In this document: positions 39,091 through 52,492 of the stretch, piece by piece | Position numbering within the stretch: the first letter of the stretch is position 1 | How the letters are laid out: every line of letters begins with the position of its first letter | From: Octopus vulgaris | Lineage: Eukaryota | NCBI GenBank assembly: GCA_951406725.2 | Contig: OX597823.1 | Location: 97,340,001 to 97,404,000, forward strand | Direction of reading: 5' to 3' | Length of the DNA stretch: 64,000 nt | The notes under the pieces: model-generated | What the model was told of the DNA's origin: nothing | The model's input: the letters and a program-made list of their open reading frames with translations, nothing else | Databases searched by the model: none | Made by a program: the position numbers and the translations under genes

Positions 39091-40613
39091 TAATTAAAGC
39101 TCAAACTCCTTTGTTGAGCATTTATGACTTGGGCACTGATTTCACTGTTTTACTGTTTGCCAATGAATTAGAACAGCTCTTCTCAAGCTTTTTTACTTAT
39201 CTTCTTTCTTTTACTTTCTCTTTTTCAATGCCATCTTGCTAAGATTCAGCAAAATTAGATACACTGTATGTCACTTTATCACTGTATCAACCAGACTATC
39301 AGATATTGTTATAAACAACTGGTCACAATGCACTTCCTTGCATTGTTGTAGCTTTCAAATGATGCCACTCCTTTGGTTAGGCATGCAAGCCAACATTCCC
39401 CCTGAATGAAATGCAGGGTTACTCACTTTCAAACGATTGGCCTGGGAATAATGTGAAGTGAAGTGTTTTGCTCAAGAATACAATGTATTGCTGATCTGGG
39501 AATTGATTTTGAAGTCATGTGTACAGCTCCCTAACCACTAGGCTGTGTGCTTTTACACACTACATGTACATATGCATATATATGCACATACAAGTCAGTA
39601 CATTAATCAACACTACAGGTATAGTAGGTGTCATAAAGTGCATGTAAGGAAATATCTACAAATTTGAACAATACCTTAAATAATCTATTTGTTCTTTGCT
39701 TACAGTTTCAATGTATAGGTGGGATACATTCAGTTTTAAGTAGTTCCTTATTCACATTTCAAAGTATATTATTGCTGCTGTGGATATTGTTATTGTTATT
39801 GTTGTTGTTGTGCCTGATAACCAATGTCTGCAAGATAACTCACCAAAAAAATAAAGATGTCTTTGTACTTTACAAAGTCTGCAAAACCTCTGACCCTTCT
39901 CTTCCCTTACCAAGAAAGTCTTTACCAAGTTTGTGGAATTTTTCTATTGATCATATCTCAACCAAAGTGGGTCTGTATGTAGTACATCTCTGGGAAAATC
40001 CATCCCAATGTTTGTTGTGTCCTTTACTTCTCACTCTAAACAGCATGCACACAATAATGCATACTTTCTCCAATTGACCAATTTTATCACTACAGTTTCT
40101 ACATGTGAAAATTCCTCCTGTTGCACATAATAACAGCCAACTAGCAAAGGCTGGCTTTAAGCTTGTATTATTCCAATGTGTCTAGCATATGAAACAAACT
40201 TTTTGTCATTATTCTGGCAGTCTTAGAATCTAACTATTACCTAATGAAGTGGGTGTCCCTTGGCAGAGCAGCTGAACACAGTAAGATCAAAATGCAATTG
40301 TGTTACCCAAAATTTTCACTGGAATTGAGAATAGCTGTCTGGTTGAATAAGAGATCTAATATATGAAATTGAATGCTTTATTCCCTGTATTCTACACATT
40401 GGTGACAAATCTCATTTCAGCATGTGGCTGGTAGTGAGTACAAGACATAAATGAGGACCATCAACACTGAAATGCTAGCCACTATTGGGGTGATTATTTG
40501 TCTTTCCGTGTAATATATTTTGTATTTTTTGAATACAGTACATCTATAAGAAATGTTATCTTGGACAAATACTGCTATAGCTGGCCTAATACTGCTTCAG
40601 TTGCACATACCAG

Positions 40614-40646
<33 letters not shown>

Positions 40647-40865
40647 TGTATAAATGTACATATATATATATAAATATGTATGAATATCAGTCAGTATGTG
40701 TATTGGTTTGAAAAGATGCACACTCTAAAACATTAGAGCAGTAATACTGTGACTGGTTAGAGGGTGATCATTGGTTTTCCACTTATAAAGCTTTTCAAGG
40801 TGCAGAACAAATGACCAATCTCTGGTCAGCCATAACAAATAGACTTCTAAGTATGCTTGTCTATG

Positions 40866-40928
<63 letters not shown>

Positions 40929-41289
40929 TTACATATATATATACACATATACATACACATATATATACACATATACATATATATATATACATGTACATAC
41001 TTATATACATATATATATGTATATATATATTCATATACATACATATATATATATACATTTACTTATATATTCATCATGATCGTTTAACGTTCGCTTTCCA
41101 TGCTGACATGGGTTGGACGATTTGACTGAGGGCTGGCGAACCAGATGGTTGCACCAGACTTCAATCTTGATCTGGTAGGGTTTCTACAACTGGATGCCCT
41201 TCCTAATGCCAACCACTCTGAGAGTGTAGTGGGTGCTTTTATACATATATATATATACACACATACATATATATATACATATATATAAG

Positions 41290-43230
41290 TTTCATTTGAG
41301 ATGATGTTGACATGCTCAAGCACCTCCCGAAAATAACCAGTGAGGAGGCATTATTGGTGTACTTTGATGTTATCAACCTCTATACCAACATCCCACATGA
41401 ATATGGTATTGAGGCAATTGATTTCTGGCTGGAGAAACACCCAGAAGCATTTCCTAACCGCATTAACAAGACCTTCATTACGGAATCACTCAAGTTCATT
41501 CTGACAAACAATTACTTCCAACCTTCGAAAACACACACTACCATCAAAAATGTGGTATCGCGATGGGTACCAAAGCTGTACCAGTCCTTGCGAACCTCAT
41601 AATGGGTTTCTTCGAACTATCACTTTATGAGATATCATGCCAGAAATTTGGACACCTTTTCCACATCTACTTAATGGAAAACTGGAAAAGATACCTAGAT
41701 GATTGTTTCGTCATATGGAAAGAATTTTATGAAAAGCTTCTGGAATTCAAAACCACACTTAACATACATCCCAACATTCAGTTCACAATGGAATTCAGCA
41801 AACATCATCTCCCTTTCCTTGATCTCCTAATTATAAAAACACCTAACAACCAAATCATAACCGCTACCTACCATAAACCTACAGACTCACAACAATACCT
41901 CCTCTTCAGTTCATGCCACCCAAAGCACACCAAGATAAATATCCCCTTTAACTTAGCTAAAAGGATTTGCACCATTGTCTCAGATCCCAAAACTCAAGAA
42001 ATACGCCTTCAAGACCTCAAAAAACACTATTACAACGCCAATATTCCTCCACACTCACAGACTATGGAATAAAATGTGTCAAGGAACTCAACAATAATAC
42101 ACTGAAAACCACCCAACACAGTAACACATTCAACCTCAAAATACTTCCAGACATTTCCACCCACAACCCCACAAACATTGAAGCATACACCACAATCATA
42201 CAAAACCTCCCCTTAATGTCCACAGACCCAAAAATGAATAATATTATCAATACACATAAAATCCTTAAATGCAAAAGGCAATATAAATCATTGAAAAAAC
42301 TCTTAACAAATGCCAAACTTCACACACCACATCCACCCCCATCAGTTAAAAAATGTGCATGCCCTAACTGTGGTATCTGCCCCTTCCTACTTGAAGGCTC
42401 TGAATTTACTTTCAAACAAGGAACAAAGTTTAAAATCAAGACCAACTTCTCTTGTTCCTCCGAGAACCTCACTTACGTTCTTACATGTGCTGGTTGCCAA
42501 CACAATTATATTGGATAAACGACCCTTCCTTTACACAGAAGAGTAGCAGTCCATAAAGAACAGATAAATCTCCCACAATACCGTCAAATTCCACTCAGTA
42601 GCCACATAGACTCTTGTGCTAAAAATAAAAATCCCAAATTTCCTATATTCCCTTTCTATCAATGTAAAGACAGAATCTCTACACAAGAAAAAATCAACAA
42701 GGATAATCTTTTTATTGAAAAATTCCAAACGCTTCTTAATATGCAAACTCCACAGTGACCATATTCCTTTTTCTAGCATCCTGTCTGACAAAAAATAGAT
42801 ATAAGCATCCTGTTTGACAAAAAATCCAGCATATCGTAATTAAAGAGTATAAAATCCACAGAATTGTCTCCCCTTATTCACATATTTATTTAACACATAA
42901 ACATCCAACCTTTTCACACAAAACACTACACTTAAACTCATGCAAAGAAGCTTTTCCACGGATTACTATTGAACTCTAAAAGAATAAAGACACTACAATG
43001 TACTGGTATACTTATTTATTAATTTTTGTATATATTTTATTTTTTTGAAAAAACCATTGTAAATTTAATTTTTCCCCTCCCTCAATTTAAAAAAAAATTT
43101 TTCCCCTTCCAAATCTTGAAAATTTGCCTTGCGGTGAAAGCCGGTTTGATTTCTTTTTTTATTTTTCATACACCCATTTTTATTAAAATTTACTTTCAAT
43201 TTATCATTCTGCCTTATTATTTTTTCCTCT
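41290..43230 (+). mobile_element. Penelope-like retroelement (RT plus GIY-YIG endonuclease), 5'-truncated and frameshifted
   Basis: FDVINLYTNIP, (A)MGTK, RYLDDCF, LPFLDL, YHKPTD, CxxxxCxxC, TYVLTCAGCQHNYIG. Hammerhead-like motif at 43111-43152. Confidence 0.92.
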
Positions 43231-43457
43231 CCTATACATATATATATTCATATATTCTTTTATTCTATTATTTGTTTCAATCATTGTGGCCATGTTGGAG
43301 CACTGTCTTTAGTCAAAGAAATTAACCTCAGGATTTATTCTTTGTAAGCTTAGTACTTATTCTATCAGTCTCTTTTACCAAACCGCTAAGTTACGAGGAC
43401 GTAAACACACTAACATCAGTTGGGGTGATAAACACAGACACACAAACATATACACAC

Positions 43458-43496
<39 letters not shown>

Positions 43497-43754
43497 CATA
43501 TCTATATATACAATGGGCTTCTTTCAGTTTTCTCTTACAAGGCTTTGATTGGCCCGGGGCTATAGTAGAAGACACTTGCGCAAGCTGGAACCATGTGGTT
43601 GGGAAGCAAGCTTCTCACCACACAGCCATGCCATATATATATACACATATATGTATATACATATATGCATACACACACAGACTTATATAAATATATAGAC
43701 ATACATATACTCTACATAGGTATATATATATGATGATGATATGCATATATATAG

Positions 43755-45850
43755 CTATCTGCAGCTAGGAGACAGGTTTAATTAGCCAGAGGGGAAGCAG
43801 ATAAGAAAAAAATTTGCCAATTTTCTGCACCGTGAGGACCAAAGACTTGAGATATTTTGTGTTGCAAGATAGTGTGTGAGAGAGAATCATGATGTCATAA
43901 GAGAGAAATATCTCTGCATGGATGATGACTCACTTGTATTTAATGAGGCTGCAAGGAGAGAGACTTGGAGACACCACTATGAAAGGTTGCTAAATAAAGA
44001 GAATGAATGGGAGAAAGAGAGTCTGCCGAATGTCTACCCAACAGAGGGACCAGCTATCTGTATTCATAGTACCTTGGTAGATAAAGCAATTATGGGTATG
44101 AAGACAGGGAAAGCCCCCAGCCCATCAGGAATCATTGCAGAGATGCTTAAAATATCTGGCAGTGTAGGCTATAGTCTAGTCACCCATATAGTCAACCAGG
44201 TGATACATGAAGGAGTCATACCCAATGACTGTTGTAGCAGCACTGCACCATAATTAACTGCATTAGATACAAAACATTACAGAGGTATCAAGTTGTTGGA
44301 TCAGGTAATGTAAGTCACAGAGAGTTTCATAGCCCAACTAATTAGGGAGAGAGCCAGTCTAGATGAGATGCTGTTTGGGTTTGTGCCACGAAAAGCACCA
44401 ATGATGATATATTTCTTGGTAAGACAGCTGCAGGAGAAATAACTAGCCAAAGATAAACCTCTGTACCTGGCTTTCGTTGACATGGAGAAAGCCTTTGACT
44501 GGGTATCCCGATTCCTTATCTAGTGGACAATGAGGAAACTAAGGATAGATGAATGGTTAATGAGAGCTGTATAAGCCATGTACATGGATGCTATCTGTAA
44601 GGTGAGGGTTGGCAATGAGTACAGTGATGAATTTCGGTTAGGGGTCAGGGTCCACCAAGGATCAGTCCTCAGCCCCCTCATATTCATCATAGTTCTCCAG
44701 ACAATAACAGAGGAATTCAAGACAGAATTCCCCTGGGTGCTTCTCTATGCTGATGACTTTACTCTTATTGCTGAGTCACTATCAGAACTAGAGAAGTTTC
44801 AGTTATGGAAGCAAGGATTAGAATCGAAGGGCCTTAGAGTCAACCTAGCAGAAACCAAAGTTTTAATAAGTAGGAAGGCAAACAAACCACAAATCCCTTC
44901 TGTAGAAAAGGTGTAGGTAGAAACTCCATAAGATGTACCCAGTGTAAGCTATGGGCACATAAGAGGTGCAGCAATATCAAAGGAAAGCTAATTGGGAAGA
45001 TAGTTTTTGTGTGTGGCAAATGGTGCAAAGAACAGCTTCCATTATCTAGGTGACCAAATCAGTAATGGGGGTGGATGCTCTGAAAGTGTAGAATAAGAAT
45101 AGCCTGGGCAAAGTTCAGAGAGCACCTACCTCTGCAGGTGACAAAAGGCCTCTCGTTCAGAGTAAAAGGTAGACTATATGATGCATGTGTGCGAATAGCC
45201 ATGCTACATGGCAGTGAAACATGAACCGTGACTGCTGAGGTCATGCATAAGTTTGCAAGGAATGATGCCAATATGCTCTGCTGGATGTGTAATGTTAGTG
45301 TGCATACACAACAGAGTGTAAGCACCCTGAGAGAAAAGTTGGGTATAAAAAGCATCAGATGTGGTGTGCAAAAGAGACGACTGTGCTGGTATGGTCATGT
45401 GTTGTGTATGGATGAGGACAGCTGTGTGAAAAAGTGTCACACTCTTGCAGTTGAGGGAACCTGTGGAAGAGGTAGACCCAGGAAAACCTGGAGGAGGTGG
45501 TCAAGCATGAACTTTGAACATTGGCCCTCACAGAGGCAATGACAAGTGACTGAGACCTTTGGAGATACGCTGTATCTCAGCAAGCCAAGTGAGACCTTAA
45601 CCGTGGCCTATGCCAGTGCTGTATAACCAGCCCATTTAAGTCTACCTTTCAATCATTGGACAATAAATTGCGCTTGCAAAGACCTGTTGAAAATCGTTGT
45701 CGTGGCTGATGACAGTACCACCTATTGGCACCCAAGCCAGTGGAATGTTAAAAGCACCATTTGAGCATGATCGTTGCCAGGGCCACTGACTGGCTCCGGT
45801 GTCAGTAGCATGTAAAAAGCACCAAACACCATTTGAGCATGATCGCTACA
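43755..45850 (+). mobile_element. Degraded RTE-clade LINE (RT domain to 3' UTR)
   Basis: GKAPSPSGI, FVDMEKAFD, GVRVHQGSVLSPLIF, LLYADD, GRGRPRKTW; multiple stops and frameshifts. Confidence 0.92.
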
Positions 45851-46128
45851 TACATTGTGGTGTCGGTGGAGAGGACGACAGATAAGGGCAGGACGCGGAA
45901 GCGGTGAGGGACGATGCACGTGTGGGATCGACGAAGCGGCAGTTGCAGCTCACACAAGGAAGGGATGAGACGTATCGAGAGAGATCTGATCTTCGCTGAG
46001 TTTTGGTTGACTAATCTTCGCCGAGGTAAGACCTAATTGTATTTCCTTTCTCCTTTTCTGTTGTCCTCTTTTCATCATTCACACCACAAGCTATTTCGGC
46101 ATATAAACAATCGGTTTTATAAATAAAA

Positions 46129-46890
46129 ATGATGAAGAGTGCCCGTGTTTCGCACAAACTTATAACACCGTTTTGCGGCAACACGGATGTAGTCGCTTGG
46201 TTGAAGAAAGTGAAGTTGGTGGCGAAGCTCCATGGTATAGGTGACCTGGCGAGCTTCATGCCGCTGTACTTGGATGGCTCGGCGTTGGCGTTGTATTTAG
46301 AGATAGAGGAGACGGACCAACTCAGTGCAGAGAAAGTAGAAATCCGGTTGATGGAGGCCTTTACGGATGGAATGTTCGAGGCATACGCTCGCCTGGGTAG
46401 AACGAGATGGACTGGGCAACAGGTGGACGTGTTTGCCAATGAACTTAGAAGACTGGCTAAACTGGCGGGTTACGAGGGAGAGTCACTGGACCGGACGGTT
46501 AGGTTGGCGTTCATGACTGGCTTTCCCAACAATATGTCGGTCGAGCTACAGAAGCTTCCGAATGTGCATTCGATGCCGATGGCGGACATCATATCTCGGG
46601 CACGCGTACTAGTTTCGTGCAGCAGGATGACGTCGGTAGCAGCGACTGCAACGTCGAAAAGTGGCCCAGCTAGGAGCAGCGGAGAGGGGCTAAAGAAAGA
46701 ACATGTGCGACCATTCAAAGGACAGTGTTTCCGGTGCCAAGGTCCACACATGGTGCGTGGCTGCGTGTCACCCAAGCCTGAGGTGATTTGCTACCGGTGT
46801 CGAGAACCGGGGCATATAGCCAGCGAGTGTCTGCGGGGAAATGGACTGCAGGAGACTACTGCGCCACTAGTCGTCCCTTCGGATCAGTAG
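46129..46890 (+). CDS. gag: Gypsy gag, intact, with two CCHC zinc knuckles
   Basis: 253-aa ORF with CFRCQGPHMVRGC and CYRCREPGHIASEC. Confidence 0.9.
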   Translation: MMKSARVSHKLITPFCGNTDVVAWLKKVKLVAKLHGIGDLASFMPLYLDGSALALYLEIEETDQLSAEKVEIRLMEAFTDGMFEAYARLGRTRWTGQQVDVFANELRRLAKLAGYEGESLDRTVRLAFMTGFPNNMSVELQKLPNVHSMPMADIISRARVLVSCSRMTSVAATATSKSGPARSSGEGLKKEHVRPFKGQCFRCQGPHMVRGCVSPKPEVICYRCREPGHIASECLRGNGLQETTAPLVVPSDQ

Positions 46891-49703
46891 AGGCGCGCTT
46901 ATCGCTACCTGTGGTCGACATTCTGGTGGAGGGGAAGATGTCGCGAGCCCTTGTGGACACGGGCTGTACAACGACCCTGATGACTACAGAAGTGGCAGAG
47001 ACGTGGAGTGGAGGAATCAGTGTTAGGGCTGTCGATGGAAGAGAAGTACACTGCGAAGGGGTTACAGATGCGCAGATTGTAGTGCAGGGACTACAGCTGA
47101 CGTTGCGAGCGATTGTGGTTGGTCACTTGGTGGACGAGATTGACGTGGTGATGGGGATGGATGCAATCACCCGCTTGGGAGGTGTCACCGTTAATGAGGC
47201 TGGTGTAACGTTTGGGTTAGCGGGGAAACCGTGTAGGGCGAGACCATGCACCTGCGACAACCGTGAGGAAAAGGATGCTGTGCACACCATTGAAGACCAG
47301 GATTTTCGGGCTGTCTTTGATAGCAAGAGGTGGACAGTGGAGTAGCACTGGAAGGGAGAGCCCCTGATGTTAAAGAATAAAGTGGGCTGCTATCAGCATA
47401 CTCGAAAAGGAGATGCCAGAAGTGAGTTCGAGGGGGGAGGTGGAGCGGTGGATTAAGGAGGGCATATTGATCCCTTGGGAAAAAGAAGAGAGCGGAGTTC
47501 TGCCACTGATGGCGGTGATACAGCCCACAAAGCATAAGGTCAGGCCAGTGCCTGACTTCTGAGAGCTGAATGACCACGTATCGTGTCATACAGGCGGCAA
47601 GGCCACGGATGTCTGCGGAGACACCTTGCGAGAGTGGAGGCAGATGACGGGGGCCTCCACGATTGTTGATTTGAAGTCGGCATACCTACAGGTGCACGTG
47701 GCTGAGAAATTGTGGAAGTACCAGCTCGTCAGGTATAAGGGCTGGACGTACTGTCTGACCAGGTTGGGATTCGGGCTGAATTCAGCGCCAAAGATTATGG
47801 CAACAATTCTCAAGGCCATCCTGGGGAAGGTGGACAGAGTAAAAAGGGCCACCAATTCGTACATCGATGACATTCTGGTGGTATGAAACCGTGATACCAG
47901 CAACGGAGGTCATAGGCCACCTGAAGAGTTTTGGACTGATCGCCAATCCGCCAGAGGCAATGGAGAGACAAGGCCGGCGCATTGGTGTTCCGGCAAGGGA
48001 ATGAGGTCCCTGAACTGGACGCCAGTATGAGTAGATGGGAACTGTTCTCTGTGTGTGGGAAGCTGGTGGGACATTACCCGATTGCAGGTTGGCTCCGAAC
48101 ACCATGTAGCTTCATCAAGAGACGAGCCGAAGGAGTGAAGTGGAATGATAGAGAGTGGGGAGAGGACGATCGACATGATGCAGGAAGTCTTGGTCAGAGT
48201 AGGAGCAGAGGACCCAGTGAGGGGCAGCTGGTATGTTCCCAAATCAAAGAGCGGGATCATATGGTGTGACGCCAGTAGCATCGCAATAGGGGTTGTCTTA
48301 GAAGTGGGAGGTGTCATGGTGGAAGATGCAGCCTGGCTCAGGAAGACAGATGACTGCAATCATATAAACGTGGCGGAGTTGGATGCCGTGTTGAAGGGGG
48401 TGAACCTAGCCTTGAAGTGGGGGTTGCACACCATAGAAATCAGGACTGATTCGGCCACTGTACTTGGTTGGGCAACAGCAGTCATCACCGATGAGCGGAG
48501 GGTGCGGACCAAAGGGGCTGCAGAGATGCTGGTAAAGCGTCGATTGGGAATACTGCGTGAACTAACCACTGAGTTCAATCTGAAGCTGAGCGTGATCTTT
48601 GTGCCTTCCGAGAAGAACAGGCCAGACGTCCTGACCAGGGTAAAGCAAGCCTGGTTGCAGGTGCCAGAGGATGCGAAGCAGGCTGTAGCTGCAGTATGTC
48701 ATCTGAACGACTCGGAGTTGCGGAGACTGCACACCATGCATCACATGGGTGTGGACAGGACATTGTTCCTAGCCAGAAAAGTTGACTCCGACGTAACAAG
48801 ACAGAGTGTGCAGAGAGTGGTTAGCAGTTGTGACAGGTGCCAGTCCATCGACCCTGCTCCGGTTGTACATGAAGCGGGAAGTATTCCAGTGGACCATGAC
48901 TGGAAACGACTAGCGGTGGACATAACACACTACCGGCAGGGGACATACCTCTCAATGGTTGACAGCGGACCGGGGCGGTTGACCATATGGAGGGAGATGA
49001 AGACGGGGACCGCAGAAGAAATTGTGAAAGTGTTGAATGAGATATTCCTGGAACGAGGCCCCGTGGATGAACTGCTTCTGGACAATGGCACTGCATTTCG
49101 CTCGGATGTGCTGAAAGAAATGCTTGATGAGTGGAAGGTCAACCGCTTCTTCAGGGCGGCATACCGGCCAAGTGGAAATGGGGTGGTGGAAAGGCATCAT
49201 CGTACCATCAAGGCCATGGCAGAGAGGGGTCACATTTCACCAATCGAGGCCGTATTTTGGTACAATATGTCGCCCAGATCAGGACAGGCCGAGGAGTCGG
49301 TGCCACACAGGGCAATATTCAGGTACGAGTGGAGGCATCCGTGTACTACATCAATGCGACCCGGGGCAGAGGAAGAGCACGCCTTCGTGCAGGTTGGAGA
49401 GGAAGTCTGGGTAAAACCCCCAAACGGACGGTGTACATCACAATGGGGAAAGGGGAAATAACCTCTGTAAATTCAAAGAATAACATCTCGGTCGATGGTA
49501 TGCCACGCCACGTTTTGGATATACAGAGGATTGTCCATGCTTCAGAGGATGGGACCAGCAGCAGTGGGCAAGATGAAAACAACACCAGTAGACAGGATGA
49601 TGAGGCCAGCAGCAACATACCAGGAACAAGTCCTAGGGTCGCACTGCGACCACAGAGGGAACGGCACCCTCCTCCCTGGTTGGCTGATTATGAAACCAGT
49701 TAA
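46836..49703 (+). pseudogene. pol: Gypsy pol (protease, RT, RNase H, integrase), interrupted by stops and frameshifts
   Basis: LVDTGC, VDLKSAY, FGLNSAP, YIDD, WCDAS...NVAELDA, HHMG...CDRC, AVDIT...LLDNG...GVVERHHRTIK. Confidence 0.9.
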
Positions 49704-50240
49704 GGTGCGAATTCGGGAGCGGGGAGCAAGTGAGAAAGCCGGTTCAGTGATCTGTAGATCAGGGGGGCATGTGGTGTCGGTGGAGAGGACGACAGATAAG
49801 GGGAGGGCGGAAGTAAGGCTTGCAGGGCGCATGCGCAGCAGGACGCGGAAGCGGTGAGGGACGACGCACGTGTGCGATCGACGAAGCGGCAGTTGCAGCT
49901 CACACGAGGAAGGGACAAGACGTATCGAGAGAGATCTGATCTTCGCTGAGTTTTGGTAGACTAATCTTCGCCGAGGTAAGACCTAATTGTATTTCCTTTC
50001 TCCTTTTCTGTTGTCCTCTTTTCATCATTCACACCACATACATATATATATATGCATATATATACATATACACACACACACATATATATATGCATATATA
50101 TATAAACATATATATATATATATATACACTCACACATACATATATTTCTATATGTACATACATGCATGTATAAATGTTTGTATGTATTTGCATACATTTT
50201 GTATTTTAATGAATATGTATTCATATGACTGTGTTTGCAT

Positions 50241-50286
<46 letters not shown>

Positions 50287-50431
50287 TTAAGGTGTGTTCC
50301 ATTAGGAATGTAGTAGATACAAAATAGAGCTTGTTCACGCTTAGAATTACCAAATAGCTGCTAGTGTTACATTATACTTCCAAGTCTGGGTTTAGGCATT
50401 CATCATGTGTGAAAATATAATTGATTAAAAT

Positions 50432-50812
50432 AGTCAGCAACAAGGGGTACGGTTAGACAGCTATTTAATAAACACTACACATGTTTCGATACAACATAGA
50501 TCTACATAGACACAGAATTTAAATTAAGCAATGGTTTACCTGCATAATGAGATCCAGTTGTGTTTCCTCAGGTGATGTACAGTTGTTCCTTCATCTATCT
50601 TCATTTTTTGTTTTCTGTAATGTGTTAGCATTGAAGTCAAAGGTTTACTAACAGAACAGTAATTGTATATCACCTGAGGAGATACAACTGGATCTCATTG
50701 TATAGGTAAACCGGTGCTTAATTTAAATCCTGTGTATATGTGGATCTATGTTGTATTGAAACATGTGTAGTGTTTATTAAATATCTGTCTAACTGTACTC
50801 CTTTTTGTTGAC
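50432..50812. repeat. ~380-bp palindrome with a canonical-core hammerhead motif in both arms
   Basis: cac-CTGAGGA-gatacaac...gttgtat(t/c)-GAAAC-atgt-GTA-gtg at 50671-50772 (+) and 50473-50574 (-). Confidence 0.85.
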
Positions 50813-50868
50813 AAAATTTTGTTCAGTTATATATATATTATATTATATTATATTATATTATATTATAC

Positions 50869-50899
<31 letters not shown>

Positions 50900-50900
50900 A

Positions 50901-52217
50901 GGCATAGGAGTGGCTGTGTGGTAAGTTTTTCACCTGGAATTGAGCCCGAGTGGATAGAGGACTCTATCTGCCGGGGTCTGGGTGGTAGCAGTACCAAGCT
51001 GCTTAATGTGAAAATGGTGCCTGTGGCTGATTGGGAGGGGTTAAAAGCTGTTTTGACCCTATGGACCCAATCAGCCAAAAGTCTGGTCTTTCCAGATTTT
51101 TTGAGGATGGCCGGATCTAGGTATCCAGTGATGCTTGAGGGACGCCCCCCCCAAGTGTCACCTGTGCCTGGAGACCGGCCAAATTAAGAAAACTGCCCCA
51201 AGGACCAAAATAGGATCCTGGAGCAGTTAATAGTGGAATCTCTCCCTGCTCCCTCAATGGAGGGAGAGAAGGAGAAGGATGATGAGGAGGTTTATACATC
51301 CTCGAAAAAATGAAAACGAAAGGTGTGCAACAATGGTTGCCCACCGGAGGACCCAAGGGCTGCAGGAGAAAAGGAGGACCTGTTGCGTGCATCACAGGAA
51401 ACTCGCCCTCTCGTGGCCCAGGGAAAAAAGGAAAAAAGAAAGAAGAAAAATGGGACATTGCCGGCGGATGGTGACACGTGGACAGCATTTCCCAATCCTC
51501 CTCAGGCAGGTGTGCCGCTGGAGGTTGAATATGTGGTCCTCTTCCACAAAGGAGGAACCATAGAAAACAAAGTAAAGAAAATGGAAAGGAGGGGCCGATG
51601 GGAGGGACTTCTGTCCTGCACGGAGGATCCTGAGTGGCCTTCGCAGGTGGCTGCGGAGGTGCTATGGGATAGTGATCTGTGCAGGATCATGAATTCCTTC
51701 CCGGAGGACTCCTATAAATTTATACCTGTGTGGTCCGGCCTGGAACCAGGTGCATGCTTCAATGAAGCAAGGTTATTGGTCGGCCGGATAACCTGAACGA
51801 GTCTAGAAAATGTGAAACATGTGACTTTTTGTGTGTTTTAAAAAAGAAAAAAGAATTCTGAACATTGTGTTGTTTAAGTAAGAGGTTTATTGCCTCATTG
51901 TGTTTTTGGGGAAAAAGATAAAAAGAACATTGTTTTAGAGAAGCGAAAGTCGGCGGGCGCTTTTCGTCTTCTCCCATCATCATTTTTGCATCACCATCAT
52001 TCATACCATTAATGTCCATGTCCAGCCCGCAAATCTGCCATCTGTGTAATGCCCTTGTGGCAAATTATATGAAATAAAGTAGCTTGCTTACAAACCACAT
52101 GGTTCAGGGTTCAGTCCCACAGCATGGCACCTTGGGCAAGTGTCTTCTACTATAGCTTCAGGCTGACCAAAACCTTGAGGGTGGATTTGGTAGACGGAAA
52201 CTGAAAGAAGCTCGTCG

Positions 52218-52274
<57 letters not shown>

Positions 52275-52492
52275 TTGTGTGTCTGTGTTTATCCCTCCCA
52301 ACATCGCTTGACAACCGATGCTGGTGTGTTTATATCTCCGTAACATAGCGGTTCGGCAAAAGAGACCGATAGAATAAGTATTAGGCTTACAAAGAATAAG
52401 TCCTGGGGGCGATTTGGTCGATTAAAGGCAGTGCTCCAGCATGGCCACAGTCAAAATGATTGAAACAAGTAAAAAAGTAACAGAGTAAAGAG
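50901..52492 (+). mobile_element. SINE family A split by a ~1.15-kb insertion
   Basis: The head ...gtggtaagt (to 50926) resumes as agcttgcttac at 52081. Confidence 0.8.
50927..52080 (+). mobile_element. Non-LTR-like insertion carrying only an ORF1-like zinc-knuckle remnant
   Basis: YPVMLEGRPP followed, after a frameshift, by KCHLCLETGQIKKNCP. No RT or endonuclease motifs seen. Ends gcccttgtggc...gaaataaa, with a possible aagt TSD. Confidence 0.55.

Larger units (their letters stand above)
45856..50038 (+). mobile_element. Full-length compact Gypsy/Ty3-type LTR retrotransposon (pol disrupted)
   Basis: LTRs 45856-46088 and 49770-50038 (TGTGGTGT...ACACCACA), 5-bp TSD tacat, PPT aggggggca at 49761-49769. 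Domain order gag-PR-RT-RH-IN. Confidence 0.95.

Noticed and set aside
39664-40500. 137-aa + strand ORF as a possible TM exon of the FN3 gene
   Set aside because: The Leu run derives from a (TTG)n microsatellite and there is no convincing donor. The region looks like old LINE debris, which I could not assign confidently.
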